Assembly (NCBI GenBank): GCA_041167925.1
Contig: JBEELY010000346.1
Span: 1 to 35,708 of the forward strand
Direction of reading: 5' to 3'
From: Pseudomonadota bacterium
GTDB taxonomy: Bacteria > Pseudomonadota > Gammaproteobacteria > Burkholderiales > Burkholderiaceae_E
DNA length: 35,708 bases
Shown here piece after piece: positions 7,424-14,438 of the stretch. The position numbers and the translations under genes were made by a program. Position 1 is the stretch's first letter, and each line of letters begins with the position of its first letter. The notes beneath the pieces are model-generated. The model worked only from the letters and a program-made list of their open reading frames with translations, had not been told where the DNA came from and searched no databases.

Positions 7424-8811
7424 CAGCGGGCCTCAAGGCTCTTCAGGTACTGGATCATCTCGTCTTCGGGCGACATGGTCGCCGCCTGCGCTTGATCGGG
7501 CTGCATGGACAGGAGGCCGCCGCCAAGGCCTGCGCCCGTCACTGCCAGCGGAGAGCGGCCCTGCGCGAAGTCCATGAACTGCGAGCGACGATCTGTGATG
7601 CGCTGCCCTGCCCGCTTGTCAATGGTGCGACGCATCAGCTCCATGAAGGTGCCTTGGCTCTCATCGGCGAGGCCCGTCAGGTCGCCCGCGCCCATCCAGA
7701 GGTTTGCTTGGAACTGGGCGGGCGTCATCTCGTAGCGCGCAGCCAAGCGCTGCGCCATCTCTTCCAGCGCCGCGTACTCGTTGTCGTTGGGCACATCAAG
7801 CCACGCCTGCGGGACATCACGGAACAGCGCGGTGTCTTGGATCACGCCATCCTGCGCCGCCTTGTACAGGTTCACCTCAGTCACGAGCTGGCCCGTCCCC
7901 GTCTTGCGGGTCTTGATGTACGGCTCGATCACATCGCCGTATGCGGCGCGGAGCTTTTCGAGGTTTGCGCCGGAGAGCTGCGCCTGCTGCGTCAGGAAGT
8001 CGGTGCCGCCGTCAGACATCGCCAAGAGGCGCATGAAGTGCTTGTCGGCAGCAATGTTCTGCTCAGAGCCAAGCAGGTCGTTGCGGAAGCCCTTCACCTT
8101 CGGGTTGGCCTTGAGCCACGCACTCAGCTCGCCCTTCGTCAGCCCAGCGGGCGGCGTTTCGGACCAGTTGCCGTCCATGATGTTGAGCACGTTCTTGGCG
8201 TGGTTGCCCTGCATCACGTGGCCGTAGTTGTAGTCGTCGGGCATGTTCGGAACGGAAACGCCAAGCTCCCGCGCTGCCGCTCCCGGCGTGATGCCGCCCT
8301 GGGATACTCGCTCAGCCACCGCGCGCCGCATCTCCGGCGGCAGGGTGTAGTAGAAGCTCGCATTGCGGAGGTTGGAGGGCACATCAGAGCCCGTCGAAGT
8401 CGCGCCGACCATGTTGACGTAGTCGCGCCACATTGCGTCGCCGCGAGCCTCGTCACCATTGGCGGCGGCGATCATCCAGTCGCGCAGCTCTTCCGAATTG
8501 TACCAGTCCGACCCGCTCAGGGTCTTGCCCTTCTCGATGTAGCTGTCGAAGACGCTCTGGATCGGCGCGTTCGGGTCATCCGCCGCCGCGATCAGACGCG
8601 ACATGCGGTCGGTGTTCACCTTCGGTGTATAGCGTGGGTATTCGGTCGTGCGGTTGGGAGCTGCGCCACGGTATTCAGGCCGCGATCCGGCGGGCAGGTC
8701 GATGGTGTCCATCGCGGGGCCGCCGTTGTTGCCCATGATCCGCCGCAGAATGTCTTCCGCCACATCGACGCCGAGCTTGACGCCGCCCTTGATCATCTCG
8801 CCCTTGCCCAT
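7423..8811 (-). CDS. hypothetical protein (462 aa)
   Basis: Long ORF with genome-typical codon usage. The ATG at 8809-8811 overlaps the upstream TAA. No family recognised. Confidence 0.7.
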   Translation of the reverse strand: MGKGEMIKGGVKLGVDVAEDILRRIMGNNGGPAMDTIDLPAGSRPEYRGAAPNRTTEYPRYTPKVNTDRMSRLIAAADDPNAPIQSVFDSYIEKGKTLSGSDWYNSEELRDWMIAAANGDEARGDAMWRDYVNMVGATSTGSDVPSNLRNASFYYTLPPEMRRAVAERVSQGGITPGAAARELGVSVPNMPDDYNYGHVMQGNHAKNVLNIMDGNWSETPPAGLTKGELSAWLKANPKVKGFRNDLLGSEQNIAADKHFMRLLAMSDGGTDFLTQQAQLSGANLEKLRAAYGDVIEPYIKTRKTGTGQLVTEVNLYKAAQDGVIQDTALFRDVPQAWLDVPNDNEYAALEEMAQRLAARYEMTPAQFQANLWMGAGDLTGLADESQGTFMELMRRTIDKRAGQRITDRRSQFMDFAQGRSPLAVTGAGLGGGLLSMQPDQAQAATMSPEDEMIQYLKSLEAR

Positions 8812-9509
8812 TAGCGTCTTCCATATCCAGAGGTGGTGGGGTAGCCCGTTGAGTAGGTCAGGGGCGCGATGGTCGCGGGAGCCCCAAGCACTGGCGGGGT
8901 CGTCATCGCAAACGGGGGCGGCGGGGATGAAGTGAAGCCGCTGCGGTCAAACCACAACGCCGCCTCCATGTCGCGGGCAAGGCGCTGCCTCTCCATCAGC
9001 TCCTGCATCGTCGGCATGCGCGGCGGCTGCATGATGCGAGGGCCGACAGGCGCGCCGCGCTGAATGGCGGCCAGGATGTCGTCAGTGGTCAGATTGCCGA
9101 TCATCGGCGACGCGCTGACCTGGCCCGGTGCGGGCGGCTGGGGAGCCATCGCGGGTGCCGTCGTAAGGTCCGTGGGGCGAGGCATAGGCCGCGCGTCGCT
9201 CATGCGATCGCGGTAGCCCATCGGGCGCACGCCCAGCTCATTCAGGAGGCCGGAGAACGGGCCGCCCTCAAAGCGCTGGCCGGAGCGGCCCGCGCCGCCA
9301 CCGTCGAACATGTCGAGCAGGCCCGTGTAGCCGAAGATGCCGCCGCCAGGTGCGCGCGGGGCGGCAGGGCCGCCAGGCGAGCCGGATCTGCTGGGGCCGA
9401 GGGACGGCGTCACGCCGCGAAGGTGTGACGGGATCGGGGTGCCGTCGCGGGCATTCGCCGCCCGCGCATATCCAGCCGCCGCCGCCCGGTTTCGCTCTTT
9501 CATGGACAT
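8811..9509 (-). CDS. Gly/Pro-rich low-complexity protein (232 aa)
   Basis: ATG at 9507-9509 with AGGAA upstream. First gene after terL. It shares a 27-aa motif with the ORF at 31008..31715. Confidence 0.6.
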   Translation of the reverse strand: MSMKERNRAAAAGYARAANARDGTPIPSHLRGVTPSLGPSRSGSPGGPAAPRAPGGGIFGYTGLLDMFDGGGAGRSGQRFEGGPFSGLLNELGVRPMGYRDRMSDARPMPRPTDLTTAPAMAPQPPAPGQVSASPMIGNLTTDDILAAIQRGAPVGPRIMQPPRMPTMQELMERQRLARDMEAALWFDRSGFTSSPPPPFAMTTPPVLGAPATIAPLTYSTGYPTTSGYGRR

Positions 9510-9575
9510 GTCGGTTTCCTGTCGCTTGCTGCTGGCAGTTTACACCACCTTCGGTTGCATGGAAACCTCGCGGCG

Positions 9576-10991
9576 TCAGGCGACGCCCTTCAGGCCGCGC
9601 CGCAGGGGCTTGTTCCACGAGCCGCTGGCCGAGACGCCGTAGATGGCCGTGGCGGCGTCAGCCGCCATCGTCAGGCACACCGCGTCAGCCAAGTCAGGCG
9701 ACCGAAGCCCGCGCCGCCGCATGTCGTCCTTGCTCTCGACCTGCAACTTGCCGGAGGAGGAGAACTTGAAGCGCGGGCCAGCCAGTTCAGCCATCAGGTC
9801 TTCATCGCGGGGCAGCTTGCAGCCGCGCTGCTCCAGCCACGCCTTCGTGGCAAACCACAGCTCCGCGCGCAGGTTCTGGTACGTGCCCTTCATGCTCGGG
9901 CTCTCGGACACGTTCACACCCCGCGCGGGGAGCTTCAGCTCCCGCAGTCGGTCCACGACGCCGGAGCCGAGGCCGATGCTGTCCACCAGGATCTCGACGG
10001 GCCGCAGGTGCTGCGGCTGCGCCTGGTACTCGGCCACGACCGCGCCCGTGAGTTGCATGAGATCCAGGCCCGCCCACCGCTTGATCTCAGTGATCACCTG
10101 GCCGCGCCGCTTGGCGAGTGCCGATCGGTCGGTGCCGAAGCGCGCCACGTCCAAGGCCCAGATCGCCGGAGCGCGCTCATCCTCCGCCAGGTCGCGCGCC
10201 ATCGACGCCTCGATCAGGTGCATGGGGATCACGGTGTCGTCATCCGAGAGCGGGAACTCGCCGAGGACGCGGACGCGGTAGGCGTTGCTGTCCTCGCCGT
10301 AGCGCTGCCTCATCTCGTCAACGTACGCTGCACTGACGCGCGGACTGTCCACGCAGCTCACGCGCCGCGTCCACCACTGGCCCTTGAGGCGGTTGTGCGT
10401 GTCGAAGAAGAAGCCGCTGGATCGCGTCGGGTTGCCGAGCAGGATGGTGCAGGCCTCCTCGCCCGACATCGAGCCTGCCGCCGCCTCGAAGACGGCCTCC
10501 GGCACGCCCGACGCCTCGTCCGCGATCAGCAGCACGTTGTCGGCGTGGATACCTTGCAGGGCTTCGGGGCTCTCCGCGCGGCTGGTCCTCGCGGAGATGA
10601 AGCCCGTCTCCGGGGCCGCCGCGATCTCGACGCGGTCGCTCTTCACGTTCAGGAGCTGCTGCACCTGCACGGGCAGGACGTTGACCCAGCGCTTGATCTC
10701 CGCGAAGAGCGCGTCGAAGAGCTGCGCCGATGTCGGGGCCGTGATAACGATCTTCACAGGGTAGCGCGTGAGCAGATACCAGATGCACAGGATCGCCACC
10801 GTGGTGGACTTGCCGACGCCGTGGCCGGAGCGCACGGAGATGCGCCGCTCGCCAGCGGCGACGGCCATCATCAGATCGGCCTGCCACGGGTCAGGCTCCA
10901 CTGCCAGCACCTCCCGCGCGAACAGCACGGGGTTGTCGCGGTAGCGCTTCAGCCACTGGATGAAGGCGTTCTGCTCGGCTTGGCTTGTCAC
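9576..10991 (-). CDS. terL: terminase large subunit
   Basis: 471 aa with Walker A (SGHGVGKST) and Walker B (LLIADEASG), and a C-terminal nuclease-type region. The GTG start overlaps the upstream stop as GTGA. Confidence 0.92.
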   Translation of the reverse strand: MTSQAEQNAFIQWLKRYRDNPVLFAREVLAVEPDPWQADLMMAVAAGERRISVRSGHGVGKSTTVAILCIWYLLTRYPVKIVITAPTSAQLFDALFAEIKRWVNVLPVQVQQLLNVKSDRVEIAAAPETGFISARTSRAESPEALQGIHADNVLLIADEASGVPEAVFEAAAGSMSGEEACTILLGNPTRSSGFFFDTHNRLKGQWWTRRVSCVDSPRVSAAYVDEMRQRYGEDSNAYRVRVLGEFPLSDDDTVIPMHLIEASMARDLAEDERAPAIWALDVARFGTDRSALAKRRGQVITEIKRWAGLDLMQLTGAVVAEYQAQPQHLRPVEILVDSIGLGSGVVDRLRELKLPARGVNVSESPSMKGTYQNLRAELWFATKAWLEQRGCKLPRDEDLMAELAGPRFKFSSSGKLQVESKDDMRRRGLRSPDLADAVCLTMAADAATAIYGVSASGSWNKPLRRGLKGVA

Positions 10992-11191
10992 GACAGCCTC
11001 GCCACTTTCTGGCGCTCGAAGCCGTCCACCTCGATCTCGTCAGCCGTCTGCCGCAGCAGATCGACCGCCTCCTCCTCGTCCAGCGTCGAGAGCGAGGTGA
11101 CCTCGCCCGAAGGCTCCACGCGGATCAGGATGAAGTCGTCGTCGGGGCCAATGGTGGCGATGTCGCTGGCCAGGTCAGTCCTCGGAGACAT
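10988..11191 (-). CDS. small acidic hypothetical protein (67 aa)
   Basis: ORF 10988..11275 trimmed to the ATG at 11189-11191 (MSPRTDLASD...). It overlaps the terS end by 17 nt and the terL start by 4 nt. Confidence 0.4.
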   Translation of the reverse strand: MSPRTDLASDIATIGPDDDFILIRVEPSGEVTSLSTLDEEEAVDLLRQTADEIEVDGFERQKVARLS

Positions 11192-11645
11192 CGCGTGCCT
11201 CCCCCTCGATGGTCTGGCCGACGGGCTTGGCCAGATCGGCCTGCACCTTCCGCAGTGCGTCCAGGTGGAGGCCACCGAGCGAGATGTTCACCTGCGTCTG
11301 CTTGGTGCCGAAGCGGTCGGGGTCATCGACGCCCGCCAGCCACTTGCGGCTGTCGATGCGCAGGCGGGCCTTGTTGATCTGGTTGGGGTCGGGGTCCACG
11401 TTGTCGGCGATCTCGATGGCTTCCTCGGCCCACTTGTCGGCGCGCGACTTGCGCGCCTGCACCAGGCGCTCCTTGACGCCGGGCACCTTGTTGACCTTCC
11501 AGCTCAGGAACGAGCGCGACACGCCCATCTCCTCGGCGATGAGCTTGAGGCTCTCGCCCTCGGCCACGCGCTCGATGATGCGGTCGATGCCGCCCATCTT
11601 CTCGATCTTGGCCCACATCTGGGTTTCGATGGGATTGCTCGCCAT
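11175..11645 (-). CDS. terS: terminase small subunit
   Basis: The region IIERVAEGESLKLIAEEMGVSRSFLSWKV is an HTH and ...RLRIDSRKWLA.. is typical of terS. It lies directly upstream of terL. The ATG at 11643-11645 has GGAGG 9 nt upstream; the ATG at 11652-11654 has no spacer. Confidence 0.8.
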   Translation of the reverse strand: MASNPIETQMWAKIEKMGGIDRIIERVAEGESLKLIAEEMGVSRSFLSWKVNKVPGVKERLVQARKSRADKWAEEAIEIADNVDPDPNQINKARLRIDSRKWLAGVDDPDRFGTKQTQVNISLGGLHLDALRKVQADLAKPVGQTIEGEARDVSED

Positions 11646-11711
11646 GAGCGTCATCCTCCGCTGCTACCTATGCGTGCAGTTTGGCTGCGTCTCGTGAGAC
11701 GCGCAAGGGTG

Positions 11712-11748
11712 GGAAAAGGAGGCCCCCGACGCCCTCACGCCGGGGGCC
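11712..11748 (-). terminator. intrinsic terminator about 65 nt upstream of terS
   Basis: On the minus strand, GGCCCCCG, a 12-nt loop and CGGGGGCC are followed by TCCTTTTCC. Confidence 0.55.
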
Positions 11749-11832
11749 AGTTGCGCTCGAGCATGTGGGAGGAGGTGCCATGCGAGCGTCGTGCTGGGAA
11801 TTTTAGCCTATCCGGCGCGGTTGGCAAGGGCT

Positions 11833-11917
11833 GGGGGTGGGGGGGGGCTTTCGGTGTCTGTCAGCTTGCACCAGAGCCAGGGCGGGGATCCTTCGCCGGG
11901 GGCGGGGGGGGTCTTCG
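11833..11917. repeat. two imperfect direct repeats built on long G tracts
   Basis: GGGGGTGGGGGGGGGCTTTCGG (about 11833-11854) and GGGGGCGGGGGGGGTCTTCGCC (about 11898-11919). They contain a G9 run and a G8 run. Confidence 0.7.
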
Positions 11918-11996
11918 CCCCAGGCCCTGAGCCTCGGCCTGCGGTGGCCGAGCGTCGTGCCCGCGCAACCAGAAGGCACAGATGCTCCGATAATGT

Positions 11997-12010
11997 GTAT
12001 TATGTAATAC
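11997..12010. promoter_or_regulatory. AT-rich inverted repeat GTATTA-TG-TAATAC in the only AT-rich island of the terS-upstream gap
   Basis: Perfect 6-bp arms. A similarly built GGTATC-TG-GATACC lies at 12112-12125. Confidence 0.4.
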
Positions 12011-12088
12011 GCTTTACCCGTTACAGGTTGCGCACGACATGGCAGCATCAACCGCAGGAAGATGCCATGCGCCCAGCGCAACGCAACA

Positions 12089-12106
12089 GGCCGCCCGAAG
12101 GCGGCC
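12089..12106 (-). terminator. terminator-like hairpin ending the leftward early operon
   Basis: On the minus strand, GGCCGCC-TTCG-GGCGGCC is followed by TGTTGCGTTGCG, a weak U tract. It lies 72 nt downstream of the stop at 12178. Confidence 0.4.
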
Positions 12107-12177
12107 CGTGAGGTATCTGGATACCGCGCTCGTCTCGCGCGCCCTGCGGCGTCGGCCCCGGTGCGCCGGGCAGTGGA

Positions 12178-12471
12178 TCACAGCGCCTCGCCCCTCGCCC
12201 TGCGGCGCTCGCGCTCCAGCACCACACGCTTCGACAGCAGGTCAGACGCCAGCCACAGCTCGTGGCCGACCTGAGCCAGCGCGTCGATGTCCTCCTCGCC
12301 GATCATGCCGAAGCGCCCTTCGCGGCTCTCGATCAACTCGGTCGCCAACCGCGTCAGCTTCACGCCCTGCGTCTCATCGGCGACCGTGACCAGCACGCTG
12401 CCGCCGACCAGCGCCACGCTGACCTCCAGCTCCACCTTCATGCTGTCCCCCAGCTCCTTCCACTTCGCCAT
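12178..12471 (-). CDS. hypothetical protein (97 aa)
   Basis: The ATG at 12469-12471 overlaps the upstream TGA. A GTG at 12474 is an alternative start. No family recognised. Confidence 0.5.
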   Translation of the reverse strand: MAKWKELGDSMKVELEVSVALVGGSVLVTVADETQGVKLTRLATELIESREGRFGMIGEEDIDALAQVGHELWLASDLLSKRVVLERERRRARGEAL

Positions 12472-12731
12472 CACGCGCCCTCCTGCGCCAGTTCAATTGC
12501 CATCTGCAACACCATGCTCTGCACCTCGCCCACGGCCTCCAGCCGCAGGCTGGCAGGCACGCGCTTCAGGTACTCCTCCGCCGCTGCCTCGAGCATGCCC
12601 GCGACGTACGCCTGGGCCCACTCGTTGCCATCCGCGCTGTCCATCTCCTCCGACACGAGGTCGTAGCCCATGTCGTACTCGTTCAGTGCCTGCTCCAACT
12701 GCTCGACGCGCGTCTCGCTGACCTCGGCCAT
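12471..12731 (-). CDS. acidic hypothetical protein (86 aa)
   Basis: ATG at 12729-12731 with GGAGGG upstream. No family recognised. Confidence 0.5.
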   Translation of the reverse strand: MAEVSETRVEQLEQALNEYDMGYDLVSEEMDSADGNEWAQAYVAGMLEAAAEEYLKRVPASLRLEAVGEVQSMVLQMAIELAQEGA

Positions 12732-12734
12732 CCT

Positions 12735-13013
12735 TCAGCCCTCCATCGGCTTGATCGTGACCACCGTCGCCTCGGTGGCCTTCATGTACGGCTCCAGGGC
12801 GTCATCGCCCATCGCCTCCTTCAGCGCCTTCGTGTCCAGCGCCGTGCGCTTCACGGTCGCCACGCGCACCTCGTTGTACCTGCCAACGCGATCTGCCTCC
12901 GGCAGCTCCGCGCACACCTTCTTCAGCTCCGCCTCCTCCTCTTGCAGCACCTTGATCCTCTGCCGCACGAGCGCCAGCCTGTCTGCCGGATGGTTCAGTC
13001 CGTCGTCCATCAT
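12735..13013 (-). CDS. hypothetical protein (92 aa), N-terminal coiled coil
   Basis: ORF trimmed to the ATG at 13011-13013 (MMDDGLNHP...). ATGA overlap with the upstream gene. Confidence 0.55.
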   Translation of the reverse strand: MMDDGLNHPADRLALVRQRIKVLQEEEAELKKVCAELPEADRVGRYNEVRVATVKRTALDTKALKEAMGDDALEPYMKATEATVVTIKPMEG

Positions 13014-13288
13014 CTCTCTCCTCCACTGCCCGCCCGCGCTCCCGCGCGGTGCTTCGTCAGCGCCTGCCTGATCCGCCCCTCGTAGAGGTCGCACCCGTAC
13101 AGCCGCGTCATCATCCCGCCGTTGGCGTGCCGCCAGAGCTGCACGGGTTCGCCCGCCCGCTTGTTCAGCTTCGCCGCTTCGCGGCGCATCCAGCCCGGCG
13201 CGTTCGGCACGTCCAGCTTGCGCCACACGAGCACGCCATCGCCCCTCACCTCGATCCTCTCCCTGATGTCGTCATCCGTGATCGGCAT
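13010..13288 (-). CDS. hypothetical protein (92 aa), weak resemblance to HNH_3/AP2-type DNA-binding N-terminal regions
   Basis: Strong AGGAG 7 nt upstream of the ATG at 13286-13288. The pattern GVLVWRK....W......N.RAG resembles that family, but no catalytic His is present. Confidence 0.55.
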   Translation of the reverse strand: MPITDDDIRERIEVRGDGVLVWRKLDVPNAPGWMRREAAKLNKRAGEPVQLWRHANGGMMTRLYGCDLYEGRIRQALTKHRAGARAGSGGER

Positions 13289-13331
13289 GATGCTCTCCTG
13301 ACCTGTGAACCTCTTCCTATTCTACGCCACG

Positions 13332-13443
13332 CACCACCACTTCGCCACTGGTGTCCCACCACCTCTCACTCTCTATAGAAGGTGGTGGTGGGAAAGGTGG
13401 GAACCCCCCTGTGTGATGGTGCCGAAGGCGCACCACCACCACC
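13332..13443. repeat. cluster of CACCACC / GGTGGTG repeats (3 direct, 2 inverted)
   Basis: caccaccac at 13332-13340, cccaccacc at 13355-13363, ggtggtggtggg at 13381-13392, ggtggg at about 13397-13402, and caccaccaccacc at 13431-13443. The segments 13355-13363 and 13384-13392 can form a 9-bp stem around the loop tctcactctctatagaa. Confidence 0.7.
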
Positions 13444-13463
13444 CCGCCCGCTGCGCGGCGGGG
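13442..13463 (-). terminator. GC hairpin after the 309-aa gene (terminator-like, no clean U tract)
   Basis: CCCCGCC, an 8-nt loop and GGCGGGG, followed on the minus strand by TGGTGGTGGTG. Confidence 0.3.
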
Positions 13464-13508
13464 ATGGATGGTGAGCGCCACATCCGGCATGTTGCGAACT
13501 GGTGGACA

Positions 13509-14438
13509 TCACTCCCCACCGCCATTGCCGCGCCCCTGCGGGGCTGGCGCACGCTCCACCAGCATGCCCTTGGTCCGCTCTGCGGCATCCCGCAGGCCGG
13601 GGACCACGCGGCCTTCAATCTCGGCCAGCACGTCGCGGATGTGGTCGCACTCTCCGCACGTGCAGTCGTGGCAGTGCATGCGGCCCCGCAGCGCCACCAC
13701 CGCCTTGTCGAGCAGCGCCAGAGTTTCCCCGCGCTTGCGACCGCTCTCCTCCAGCGCGGCGATGGCTGCATCCCGCTCCGCCTCCACGGCTTCGACCTTG
13801 GCCTCGGCCTTCAACTGCGCCTCGTAGGCTTCCTGCGCCTGACCCGCTGCGGCGAGGGCATCAAGCGCGGCTTCGCGGGCCTTGGCCTCGGCGGCTTCGG
13901 CGCGGCGAAGCATGTCTGCCATTGCGTCACTTGTGGCAGGGATACGGTTTCGCAGTTTGACCTCTGACTGGAAGAAATCCCGCTCGTTCTGTGCCTCATC
14001 CCGCTCCCGCTCCAAGGCTTCGATGCGTTCCTTTGCCAGCGTGACGGTGTTGGCCTTTACATAGTGGCCTTCCTCTTCAAGCATGGCCCAAAGGTTATCC
14101 AGCCGCTTCACCAGATCGTCGGTCGTGGGCGCGGGCGTGTCGAGGGCGGCGACGTGATCGGCCAGCGGCGCAACGCTGCCCGTCGCCTCGTAGGCCCGCA
14201 GGGCGGCCACGCCATCGAATGACATCAGGTGGCGGCGCGCCCGCTCGACGAGATCATCCGCCTGCGGCGCAGGGGCGGTCGTCACCGCAGGCACGGCGGC
14301 GATTGCTTTCTCGTAGCGCCGCTTGGCCATCTGCAACTGCAAGGGCCCGAAGTCTTGCCCATGCGCCACCTTGTCGATGGCGTCAAAGACGGCGGCCAGT
14401 GCGTCCCCGCGCCGGATCGTGTCGTCCTCGTTGGTCAT
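13509..14438 (-). CDS. coiled-coil protein (309 aa) with C-terminal His/Cys cluster
   Basis: Long Ala/Glu-rich heptad-like region with HCHDCTCGECDH near the C-terminus. ATGA overlap with the upstream gene. Confidence 0.6.
   Translation of the reverse strand: MTNEDDTIRRGDALAAVFDAIDKVAHGQDFGPLQLQMAKRRYEKAIAAVPAVTTAPAPQADDLVERARRHLMSFDGVAALRAYEATGSVAPLADHVAALDTPAPTTDDLVKRLDNLWAMLEEEGHYVKANTVTLAKERIEALERERDEAQNERDFFQSEVKLRNRIPATSDAMADMLRRAEAAEAKAREAALDALAAAGQAQEAYEAQLKAEAKVEAVEAERDAAIAALEESGRKRGETLALLDKAVVALRGRMHCHDCTCGECDHIRDVLAEIEGRVVPGLRDAAERTKGMLVERAPAPQGRGNGGGE

Noticed and set aside
9555-11930. 791-aa plus-strand ORF across terL and terS
   Set aside because: It is antisense to terminase genes with Walker motifs, and its composition is non-protein-like.
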